A stretch of 32,000 nt of DNA from Sedimentisphaera cyanobacteriorum (lineage in GTDB: Bacteria; Planctomycetota; Phycisphaerae; Sedimentisphaerales; Sedimentisphaeraceae). How positions within the stretch are numbered: the stretch's first letter is position 1; every line of letters begins with the position of its first letter. Positions 14,659 through 22,710 of this stretch are shown here, one piece after another. Where the stretch lies: positions 1,380,001-1,412,000 of the forward strand of contig NZ_CP019633.1 in NCBI RefSeq assembly GCF_001997385.1. Reading direction: 5' to 3'. Under the pieces are notes generated by a model. That model did not search any database and was not told where the DNA came from. It was given only the letters and a program-made list of their open reading frames with translations. The translations under genes and the position numbers were made by a program.

Positions 14659-17600
14659 TCAATCCTCATCCTCCCATACCGAACGGAGCTTGTAAGCGTC
14701 CAGATAATTAATGTGAGCGGTGCCGCTTATTGAATACAGCTGAACGCCTGTACTGTCTGCACGAGTTGGATAAACACGCGTGCTGAAGACTGCCCTGTCG
14801 TTAATAAATACATCCAAAATGCTGTGGTCTACAAATATATGGAATTTCACAGGCTCCCCGGCAATATCGAACCCGGCACTTAACAGATTAGTCTCAGAGC
14901 CGGTTTTATCCAGCGTTGAATTTCTTTTGTCTATATTAACAGTACCTGCAAGCCGGTCGTAATAGATTAAAGTTTCTTCTGCCCCGTCAGGGCTTCTGAG
15001 AACTTTCACGCCGACAATAGCCGCATCCTGAGGCTCGATTTCTGCCTTTATTTCCACCATTTTCCCGTAAACTGGTCGAAGGTTTTCTTCTCCAATGCCC
15101 GTAGCCAATTCTTTGTCTTCCAGCTCAAAATGATACTCCCTGAGGTTTGCAATCTCAGGTGCCGGCTTCTGACGCAATGTACCGTCAGAAGCTGCATATA
15201 TCTTTCGCGGCAGGGAGAATGTGTGCCGCCAGCCTGCATTTTCAATAAGTGCGGCGCATCTCTGCTCGGGCACAATCCCCATTATTCTGGGCAAGCCGTC
15301 AGGTGCTGTATATGCAGCGGGAGCAAGCATCCAATTGAATATATCCAGCTGTCTTGGCTCGGGGTGGTCAGGCGTAAAATGTTCATTTTCCCATTTACCG
15401 ATCCAATAAAGCTCTCTGGCAGGTCCGTCGGACTCCATTGTAGTAATCAGGAGTATATGCTTTCCGTTTCCAATGGGCAGAAAAACGGGCATCTCCCAAT
15501 AGTGGCCTGAGGAGCTTATATTCCCGGTATGCAGCGGATGAAGAAACTGCCAATCCCTCAGATTTGCAGATTTGTAGAGAAGCGCTGCACCGCCTGCACC
15601 ATCTACGCCTGAACCTATAACCATATACCATAAATCGTTTCCCCTCCAAACATAAGGATCGCGATAATCCATATATCCGGGCGGGACATCACTCAGCACA
15701 TGCCCCTGTTTCTGCCATGTTTTCCAGCCGTCAACACTCGTTGCCAAGGCCACATGCGCCTTGCCTTCAATTGCGGTATAAACGAGGGTTGGGATGCCGT
15801 TGTCATAAACCGCATTGCCGGACCAGCACCCTCCCGAATCAATCCCGGGCTCCGGTGCTATGGCATTCGGCATATGATCCCAGTCAGCCAAATCGGAACT
15901 CTTAAGATGCCCCCAATGTATATGATCCCAGAAGCTCCCCGAGGGGTTTTTCTGATGGAATACATGCCACTCCTGGCGGTCGGGGTCGTAAACTAAGCCT
16001 GTAGGTTCATTTGTCCAGTTCGCTGATGTGCCTGCATGATATCCCGGTCGGGCATTAGAATCAGTTATGAACCTTTCTTTAGATGGTATAAGATCCGGTT
16101 TATTATCCAAGGGCAAAGCCTTAGCATATTCTGCCCTTATTTGTTTGCGAGAGAGGGCTTTGTTATACACCCGAAGCTCATCCATAATCCCGTTTACAGC
16201 GCCGTGGGCATAAGGTCCAGACCATTGAGTATGAATATCCCTGCCTATCATCAGGTCGGTTTCGGTATCGGGAGTTAGTGGTCTTCCAGCTGGAGAAGCA
16301 GCAGTGCCCACAAGGCGGCCGTTAAGATAAAGCTTTATGCCCTGGTCTTTATGGAAGGTTGCCGCGATATGATTCCATTTGTATTTCGGCAGCTCCATCG
16401 TTGCCCAGCAAGTATGCCAGTTTCCATCAACGGAAACTGAAAGATTCCACCTGCCGAATTTTGTAATCCCAAAGAAATAGCCTGCTGAGGGTGCTGTATA
16501 ATGATTCACAAAGGCAGCATCATCTACAGGGTAAGACTCCAGCGCAGCCCAGCATTCTACAGTAAGCTCTTCTGAAGGAAGCTTATCCTGCGGTATAGAT
16601 TTTGTTATCCAATTTGTTCCTCCATCAAAACGAAGCGCCTTTCCGTATGCGCCGTCTTCCCATTCGGGGTCATAAAACGGGCTGTTTATGCCCAGCATCG
16701 CCCCTGATTCCATGTCGTTGGTCTGATAGCCCTGACCCTCTTCGAAGTCTAATACAACCTGGGCATCATTATACTCGGCAGCCTGCTTGTAAGGTGTGAT
16801 GTCAACCCCTTGAAGCCAAAACTCCGTGAAGCCGGTAAAGTCTGCAAAATCAACATAGCAGTCTGCGTTTTCATCGTGAACGGAAGGAAACTTGCAGGTT
16901 GGATTTACAGTTGAAAACCGCCAAGTTTTTCCGGACACCACTTCCTCCCCGAATACCTCATCAATTCTCCAGTAATACGTTCTTCCTGCCTCAAGTCCGC
17001 CGGGCAGATATGAAACACCCTCCTGCTCGGAACGGAAGGTTAAAGGAAACTCGGAGCCTAAATAAACTCTGTGCTCTTCAGCGCCGGGTGCAGGCGCCCA
17101 TTGCAGTGAGGGATTTATCCAAACTTCTTTCTTATAATCTGCTGGTGATGGTCTGGAAGCTGTGTTCTTATTTGGCAAATCACCTAAGAGCTGCTCATCT
17201 GTAAGCGCGACCTCGCTAAAGCGAAGCTCATCTATCAATCCTCTGAAAGTTCGTGAGCCGCCGGAAGTTTCTCGTCCAATAAACATAGACTCATCACTGC
17301 CTAAGTTCAAGCGGCTTCCGGTGTAAAACTGCTTCATATTCGTATCATAGCTTCCATCAGGATTGAGCACGCCAAAAATCAGCCGGCCTGAATCTTTGAT
17401 GTATCTTATCACAAAATAATGCCAGTTTCCGTCAGCATAGTTTCTGCTGTTCAGCGGGACAGACTGAATCCCGCCCGGAATCATATTGATATTGAAATTA
17501 AGAGCTCCATTGCCGTTTTCATTAAGAACTAAGCTGTAGCTGAAATCGCTGTCGGCCTGCAGAAACACCTGCATCGGCCCTGCCAGAGACTGTTCACCAT

Positions 17601-17952
17601 TTGTCCTGAAAAATCCCTCAACAGTGAAGGAACCGGAGAAGTCCAAAACATTTCCGTACTGTGAGGGCGGGAAGAAAAGGATTCCGTATCCTGACTGCGC
17701 GGAAGAATCGTATGAATAGCCGCCGCCGGAAAAGCCTTCGTTAAACATATCGGATGGAGGAGTCTGGTCGGAAGTGGTATAGCCCTCTGTCCCCATATAC
17801 CAGAGGTGGCTGCCGTTTCCGCTGGAATCATTAACCACGGGATTTCCGGAGAGAGGATCCATAGACCACAGACCGATTGTATCAGCGCAGCCTATGCCGC
17901 AGAAAAATTCAACACAAATCATCAAAAAAATTAAGCTCTTCAATCTTAGCAT
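14659..17952 (-). CDS. Secreted multidomain GH32 beta-fructofuranosidase/fructan hydrolase: signal peptide, shared LamG module, FN3-like, dockerin-like loop, second LamG, GH32 N- and C-domains
   Basis: GH32 motifs appear in canonical order. WTNEPTG corresponds to WMNDPNG, followed by FHQKNP...HWGH, then the RDP motif in DYRDPYVW and the EC-motif equivalent YWEMPVF. The C-terminal beta-sandwich reads ...FHIFVDHSILDVFINDRAVFSTRVYP. The N-terminal 390 aa parallel the whole neighbouring 413-codon protein. The second LamG has ...GIMDELRVYNKALS. RBS GAGGAAA lies 19 nt after the upstream gene. Confidence 0.92.
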   Translation of the reverse strand: MLRLKSLIFLMICVEFFCGIGCADTIGLWSMDPLSGNPVVNDSSGNGSHLWYMGTEGYTTSDQTPPSDMFNEGFSGGGYSYDSSAQSGYGILFFPPSQYGNVLDFSGSFTVEGFFRTNGEQSLAGPMQVFLQADSDFSYSLVLNENGNGALNFNINMIPGGIQSVPLNSRNYADGNWHYFVIRYIKDSGRLIFGVLNPDGSYDTNMKQFYTGSRLNLGSDESMFIGRETSGGSRTFRGLIDELRFSEVALTDEQLLGDLPNKNTASRPSPADYKKEVWINPSLQWAPAPGAEEHRVYLGSEFPLTFRSEQEGVSYLPGGLEAGRTYYWRIDEVFGEEVVSGKTWRFSTVNPTCKFPSVHDENADCYVDFADFTGFTEFWLQGVDITPYKQAAEYNDAQVVLDFEEGQGYQTNDMESGAMLGINSPFYDPEWEDGAYGKALRFDGGTNWITKSIPQDKLPSEELTVECWAALESYPVDDAAFVNHYTAPSAGYFFGITKFGRWNLSVSVDGNWHTCWATMELPKYKWNHIAATFHKDQGIKLYLNGRLVGTAASPAGRPLTPDTETDLMIGRDIHTQWSGPYAHGAVNGIMDELRVYNKALSRKQIRAEYAKALPLDNKPDLIPSKERFITDSNARPGYHAGTSANWTNEPTGLVYDPDRQEWHVFHQKNPSGSFWDHIHWGHLKSSDLADWDHMPNAIAPEPGIDSGGCWSGNAVYDNGIPTLVYTAIEGKAHVALATSVDGWKTWQKQGHVLSDVPPGYMDYRDPYVWRGNDLWYMVIGSGVDGAGGAALLYKSANLRDWQFLHPLHTGNISSSGHYWEMPVFLPIGNGKHILLITTMESDGPARELYWIGKWENEHFTPDHPEPRQLDIFNWMLAPAAYTAPDGLPRIMGIVPEQRCAALIENAGWRHTFSLPRKIYAASDGTLRQKPAPEIANLREYHFELEDKELATGIGEENLRPVYGKMVEIKAEIEPQDAAIVGVKVLRSPDGAEETLIYYDRLAGTVNIDKRNSTLDKTGSETNLLSAGFDIAGEPVKFHIFVDHSILDVFINDRAVFSTRVYPTRADSTGVQLYSISGTAHINYLDAYKLRSVWEDED

Positions 17953-17971
17953 AATGTTTCCTCAGCAATTC

Positions 17972-19189
17972 TCAAAAACAAGCATTTTCAGGTACAATTC
18001 CGCAATCCAGCCAAGCTGCAACAAAATGGGACAAATCATTGATGTCAACAATGCAGTCGTCATTGTAATCATGAACAGAAAACTCATCGCATGCGGGCTG
18101 CTGGGTGGTAAACGACCAAACCTCACCCTGAACAGCAGTTCCGTCCATCAATATTTCATCAACACGCCAGAGATACGTTGTACCCGGTTTTAATGTATTC
18201 GGAGAATATCCGGTCTGCTTCTGCTGGGTTTTGAATTTGGGAGGCTCTGTACGTCCGAAATATACGTTGTAAGCATAAACGCCGCTTCCCGAGTCCCACT
18301 GAAGCTCTATATCAAGACCAACCCCCTGCTCTCTGGGTGCTGGGTAAGGGTTTCTCTCTGCTTCTATTCTGCCCATAAGTTCGGAATTCGGGACAATCCC
18401 ATCGCTGATTCTGAGTTCATCAATCAGGCCGTTAAACTGCCTGCTTCCTCCATAGTTCTCACGCCCGATAAGCATATTAGCGCTGCCGCCTCTTTGAAGC
18501 TGAGAACCTTCTGAGAGCTGCACTTCTTTCTGCTCTGTTTGACCGTCAGCAGTCAAAACTGTCAAAGACATTTCATCGGACGGTTCGCTGAATCTGGCTG
18601 CGAAATAATACCAGCTGCCGTCGGCATAGTTCCTCGCATTTGCATCCACTGATTTTATTCCGTCGATTGTGGTATTTGCAGCAAACCTGAGCCATCCAGC
18701 CCCGCCTTCATTTATTGATATACTGTAGCTGTAGTCGTTCTCTGCCTGGAGGAGTATTTGCTGCACTCCGCCGGCGGACTGGTCTGCGTGAGTCTTGAAA
18801 AACCCTTCTACTGTAAAAGAGCCGTGGTAGTCAAATTCGTTTCCATACTGATCCTGCGGAAAAAACAGAACGCCTTCATCAAACTGTTCGCCGGCATCAA
18901 ATGAATTCCCGTGAGGTGAAAAACCATCGGAGAAGAGTGTTTGGGGCGGCTTAACAGAGCTGAAAGTAAAGCCGGCATTTCCGAAATACCAGAGATGATC
19001 GAATTCCACCACCCCTTCGCTAGGACCGCCTATTGTTCCCTGCCCAAGCCCGAAAGCGCTGTCGTAAACCGCAGGGTTTGCAAGATGAGTCCAGTCCATA
19101 GACCAGCGCACGGTTGTCTGGGCAAAACAGGCTGAAGCCGCTAAAATTATTACGGCATTGAAAACTGTTTTCTCTAACAAGGGTTTCAA
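17972..19189 (-). CDS. Secreted LamG-module protein with FN3-like domain and C-terminal Cys-framed dockerin-like tag
   Basis: The likely start is TTG 19189, preceded by GGAGA with 6-nt spacing, giving signal peptide (M)KPLLEKTVFNAVIILAASACFAQ. LamG motifs are GVLFFPQDQYGNEFDYHGSFTVEGFFKT, NYADGSWYYFAARF and NMLIGRENYGGSRQFNGLIDELRIS. The FN3-like domain has TYLWRVDEI...VWSFTT. The tail is ACDEFSVHDYNDDCIVDINDLSHFVAAWLDCGIVPENACF. ORF-track start is 19213. Confidence 0.88.
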   Translation of the reverse strand: MKPLLEKTVFNAVIILAASACFAQTTVRWSMDWTHLANPAVYDSAFGLGQGTIGGPSEGVVEFDHLWYFGNAGFTFSSVKPPQTLFSDGFSPHGNSFDAGEQFDEGVLFFPQDQYGNEFDYHGSFTVEGFFKTHADQSAGGVQQILLQAENDYSYSISINEGGAGWLRFAANTTIDGIKSVDANARNYADGSWYYFAARFSEPSDEMSLTVLTADGQTEQKEVQLSEGSQLQRGGSANMLIGRENYGGSRQFNGLIDELRISDGIVPNSELMGRIEAERNPYPAPREQGVGLDIELQWDSGSGVYAYNVYFGRTEPPKFKTQQKQTGYSPNTLKPGTTYLWRVDEILMDGTAVQGEVWSFTTQQPACDEFSVHDYNDDCIVDINDLSHFVAAWLDCGIVPENACF

Positions 19190-19231
19190 GAAATATCTCC
19201 CTTCGAATTGCAATTCAGTTTTATCTTACAA

Positions 19232-19251
19232 TCCGTATTAGCTTATACGGA
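19232..19251. repeat. Near-perfect 20-bp palindrome TCCGTATTAGCTTATACGGA upstream of the LamG-413/GH32 gene pair (candidate operator)
   Basis: TCCGTAT-tAGCTt-ATACGGA has 9 of 10 positions symmetric. It lies 43 nt upstream of the TTG start, adjacent to a TATATA tract. Confidence 0.5.
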
Positions 19252-19362
19252 TATATAATTCTCTGCGACCGCAGCAGCACCGTATCTGTAAATCAATCTT
19301 ACCATTACGCAAGTGAAGAGCTTTTAAAAATAAGCTTCCCGATTTTTTAGATGCGGTTGAAT

Positions 19363-19401
19363 CTGCTGAAAAAACAGCAGGGGGAAAGCCCCCCCCCGCT
19401 G
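19363..19401 (-). terminator. Rho-independent terminator after the 736-codon LamG gene
   Basis: Minus-strand RNA reads CAGCGGGGGG...CCCCCUGCUG (about 10 bp, GC-rich, contains a G9 run) followed by UUUUUU. Confidence 0.75.
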
Positions 19402-19415
19402 TTTGAATGATATTT

Positions 19416-21605
19416 CTATGGACACGCTTCAGATGGCACGAGATTGCATTTGAGCCAATTTGAAGACATTATTGCAAGGTCGTTTAAGTCGATATAGCAG
19501 TTTCCATCAGCATCGCCCGGCAATGGCGGGTCGCATTGAGGAATCACAGTGCTGAAGCTCCAAACTTTCCCCTCAAGGGTGTTAGACATACTGTCAACCT
19601 GATCAACTCTCCAGTAGTATGTTTTGGAGAATTCCAGCTCGCCCGGGTCATAATTTGTTGAGCTCTGATTGCCCTGGAATGTGAGGTTATTAGGGTCAGT
19701 GCCCCAATACACATCATGGCTTACCGCATCTCTTCCGGCATTCCAGCTCAGCTCTGCATCTATATCAACACCCTCAGCTCCGTTTGCCGGATAGGGGTTG
19801 TATGCCCACGGAGACATCCCGCCAACTTCTGCCGGCGAGAGTTTCTGGTCGTAGATGCTGAATTCATCGAGCTTGCCGACAAAATTCAAGGTATTAGACC
19901 AGATATTCTGGTACGTTGAGGCCTTTACCTCAGAGCTTGCATCATTCAAATCAAACTGCCCTGCCGCTAATTCTGAGCCGTTTCTATAGAGGACGCACTG
20001 ATTAGTCCACCCGTCATAGGTTGCTGTAATCATCTGCCAAGCACCGGGAGTGAAATTTTCGCCTGATTCAACATCTGTACGATTGCCGTACATCGTAATC
20101 CCGCTCCAAGGGAAAGAGGCGATATAACGCAGCGAACCGAACATATTTGGGTCAGCAGAAGGGTCTTCTGTATTTTCGCTGCTGGTGAACATCTGATCGC
20201 CCATTCCGGCAATTATAGTTTCTTCCTCTAAAGGCTGATCGATATAAACAAAGATATTCATCGTCCAGGAATCCTCGCCTGCCAAAGGCAGATTATCAGG
20301 GCTCTGATTCACTACAGAACCTCCACCGTTAAACTCAAGGCAGTTTCCTTCAAAGCCTGTAGTCCAGGTTGGATTCGACCAGCCGTCAAAGCTGCCGTCA
20401 TTTCCGTTTCCGGAAGTGTCCTGAACAGTCTGGCCTGAGGTTTCATCCATTTTCCATTCGAGCACCTTTTGCGGGGCAGGACGCGTGTTAAAACTCCAGA
20501 CCGGGCCATTTACCTCAACATTGCCTGAGGCATCTAACCCATCAACCTTCCAGTAGTAGGTCTTGTTTGCCTCAAGAGATGTGAGCGCATCATAAAAACT
20601 CTCGGAAACATTGCCAAGCTTTGTCATACTTGCCTGCGTTTCTCCAAGATAAACATCATAGGAAGCAATCACCTCATCATCACCCCACCATTCAAGATAG
20701 GCATCTTGTGCGACAACATTCTGCTGACCATCCTGAGGATGAATAACGCTTACGCTAACCGGAACAGCACCCATAAGCTGAGTATCAGATACAATTCCGG
20801 AGCTGAAACGCAGCTCATCTATAAAACCGTTAAAATTCCTGCCGCCTGTAAAGTTTTCCCTGCCGATAAGCATATTCCCTGCGCCTTCATGAAGGAGCTC
20901 AGAGCCGCCCGGAAGTGCCTGCGTGGCTGAATATACCGAGCCGTCCTCTTTCATTACTGTCAAAGAAAAACGGTCGCTGCGGTCGTCAAAACGGGCTGCA
21001 AAGTAGTGCCAGCTCCCGTCTGCAAAATTTGCAGTACCCGGGCCGCCTGCATATACTGTGGTGATCTGGCCGGTTCCAGAGGCTATCGTGTTTACAGCAA
21101 ACATTAAAGCTCCTTCACCGCCTTCGTTGAGTGTAATATTATAGCTGAATCCTACTTCATCCTGTATCAGAATCTGCTGAAATCCGTTTTGAGACTGGTC
21201 GCCGTCAGTTTTGAAAAATCCTTCAATTGTGAAAGAATCAGCGAAATCGAATTCATTTCCGTAGCCGTCTTGAGGGAAGAACAAAACGCCGTCCTGACCC
21301 TGCATATAACCAGCGTAGAACGATTCTTCACCGCCTGAAAATCCTTCATTGAACATACTTGCCGGCGGGGTATCATAGCCTGAAACATATCCGTTTTCAG
21401 GAAAAAAATAAAGGTGGTCTTCGGAAGCATCAACCGCCAAACCGCCAGAGAGAACCCCCTGCCCTGCTCCGACAGCAGAATCATTTACCACAGGATTAAC
21501 TGTCCCTGTATAATCCATACTCCAATGACTGATTGGAGTTGCAGCGGAAACTAAAATGCTTGCCGCCAATAAAAATAGCAATGAAACTGTTTTTTTAATT
21601 ATCAT
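19416..21605 (-). CDS. Secreted protein: shared LamG module, FN3-like, second LamG, FN3-like, C-terminal Cys-framed dockerin-like tag
   Basis: ATG 21605 is preceded by GAGG with 7-nt spacing. Signal peptide is MIIKKTVSLLFLLAASILVSA. Motifs are GVLFFPQDGYGNEFDFADSFTIEGFFKT, NFADGSWHYFAARF and NMLIGRENFTGGRNFNGFIDELRFS. The second LamG has ...FVGKLDEFSIYDQKLS. There are two YYW[KR]VD FN3-like modules. The tail is QCDPPLPGDADGNCYIDLNDLAIMSSNWLKCNLVPSEACP. ORF-track start is 21626. Confidence 0.9.
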   Translation of the reverse strand: MIIKKTVSLLFLLAASILVSAATPISHWSMDYTGTVNPVVNDSAVGAGQGVLSGGLAVDASEDHLYFFPENGYVSGYDTPPASMFNEGFSGGEESFYAGYMQGQDGVLFFPQDGYGNEFDFADSFTIEGFFKTDGDQSQNGFQQILIQDEVGFSYNITLNEGGEGALMFAVNTIASGTGQITTVYAGGPGTANFADGSWHYFAARFDDRSDRFSLTVMKEDGSVYSATQALPGGSELLHEGAGNMLIGRENFTGGRNFNGFIDELRFSSGIVSDTQLMGAVPVSVSVIHPQDGQQNVVAQDAYLEWWGDDEVIASYDVYLGETQASMTKLGNVSESFYDALTSLEANKTYYWKVDGLDASGNVEVNGPVWSFNTRPAPQKVLEWKMDETSGQTVQDTSGNGNDGSFDGWSNPTWTTGFEGNCLEFNGGGSVVNQSPDNLPLAGEDSWTMNIFVYIDQPLEEETIIAGMGDQMFTSSENTEDPSADPNMFGSLRYIASFPWSGITMYGNRTDVESGENFTPGAWQMITATYDGWTNQCVLYRNGSELAAGQFDLNDASSEVKASTYQNIWSNTLNFVGKLDEFSIYDQKLSPAEVGGMSPWAYNPYPANGAEGVDIDAELSWNAGRDAVSHDVYWGTDPNNLTFQGNQSSTNYDPGELEFSKTYYWRVDQVDSMSNTLEGKVWSFSTVIPQCDPPLPGDADGNCYIDLNDLAIMSSNWLKCNLVPSEACP

Positions 21606-21627
21606 ATAAAAACCTCGAACCTGCACA

Positions 21628-21666
21628 TAAAAAAAACGAACACAGACGGTGCAGACATCTGTGTTC
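21628..21666 (-). terminator. Rho-independent terminator after the LamG/PEP-CTERM gene
   Basis: Minus-strand RNA reads GAACACAGA-N11-UCUGUGUUC (perfect 9 bp) followed by GUUUUUUUUAU. Its U-run ends only about 22 nt before the next gene's ATG. Confidence 0.8.
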
Positions 21667-21690
21667 GCCTGCTTATCAATCTTTACAATA

Positions 21691-22647
21691 TTAAGTTTTA
21701 CGTTTTCTGGTAAAAGCCAAGCTCCCGATTCCTAAAAGAAGTGCAGTAACAGGCTCCGGTACACCAATAAGCTCAGGATTGCTCATGGCGCTGCCGGAAA
21801 GCCTTACTTCATCAATCAAACCGGCAAAGCGTTCAACTGGTGTTTCACCTTCTCTGCGGCCTATAAGAATATTGTTATTGCCTCCGTTGATAATCATATC
21901 ATTAGTGAGAGTCTGGTTCTTGAAATAGGCGCTGCCGTCTTCGCTGTAAACCATAAGGCTCATTTCATTAGATGCGTTATTGTATCTTGCAGCAGCATAA
22001 TGCCACATCCCGTCCTGAAAACCTGCTGCCCTGTCTTCTGTTGTCATAACAATGTTAACAAAACCAGAGCCGTCATACCCCCAAAACTCAAGGCCTCCCG
22101 CACCGGAATTTCCGGTATTTAGCTGGAGATGGCTCGCAGCGTGTCCTTCCTTTGCCCAGAGCAGAGTCTGAGCTCCAGAGGTATCTCCTATCTGCTTGAA
22201 AAACAGCTCGGCAGTAAAGCTTCCGGAGCTATACTCATTTCCGTATTGATCGGCAGCATAGAACATATTTCCGCCCAATTCTCGAACTGCATTAAAATTA
22301 AATGACTGAGCAGATGAAATACCGTTCAGCATACCGGAGGGAGCAGCATCACTGCTGAAGGCATTCTCTCCGCCTCCCAAATCAGGATCCTCCATCTCTC
22401 CCCACACATATAAAGGGTCATGTGCAGGATTTGGGTCTCCTGAATTTCCTGCAATGCTTCCCTGTCCACTACTGTCTGCGCTGTCAGCTATGCCGTGGGT
22501 ATTAGCATTCCCGTCCACGTAAAGGCCTTCCTGCCACGCATCCATTTTCCAGTGATGGTAAACAGCAGAAGCAGGGCTTGCAGCAGAAATAATGAAAACA
22601 GCCATTAATAACATCAGCAAGCAATTGTTCATTTTTCGAATTCTCAT
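21691..22647 (-). CDS. Secreted LamG-module protein with PEP-CTERM sorting tail
   Basis: ATG 22647 is preceded by GGAGAG. Signal peptide is MRIRKMNNCLLMLLMAVFIISAASPASA. It carries a divergent copy of the shared module (HHWKMD, QYGNEYSSGSFTAELFFKQ, FQDGMWHYAAARY, NILIGRRE...FAGLIDEVRLS). The C-terminus is VPEPVTALLLGIGSLAFTRKRKT. ORF-track start is 22662. Confidence 0.88.
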   Translation of the reverse strand: MRIRKMNNCLLMLLMAVFIISAASPASAVYHHWKMDAWQEGLYVDGNANTHGIADSADSSGQGSIAGNSGDPNPAHDPLYVWGEMEDPDLGGGENAFSSDAAPSGMLNGISSAQSFNFNAVRELGGNMFYAADQYGNEYSSGSFTAELFFKQIGDTSGAQTLLWAKEGHAASHLQLNTGNSGAGGLEFWGYDGSGFVNIVMTTEDRAAGFQDGMWHYAAARYNNASNEMSLMVYSEDGSAYFKNQTLTNDMIINGGNNNILIGRREGETPVERFAGLIDEVRLSGSAMSNPELIGVPEPVTALLLGIGSLAFTRKRKT

Positions 22648-22710
22648 TTTCTTGCTCTCCAAATTAAACTACATTTTTTCTGAGCCCATTGCCCATTATT
22701 ATTCATTTTT

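Noticed and set aside
19389-19397. C9 homopolymer (G9 on the minus strand) as a phase-variation tract
   Set aside because: It lies in the stem of an intergenic terminator hairpin, not in a coding region or promoter spacer. Slippage would only modestly change stem length.
14659-22647. Diversity-generating retroelement or cassette-recombination system acting on the LamG paralogs
   Set aside because: There is no reverse transcriptase gene. No near-identical template/variable repeat pair was seen at the nucleotide level. The paralogs are diverged throughout rather than in one hypervariable patch.
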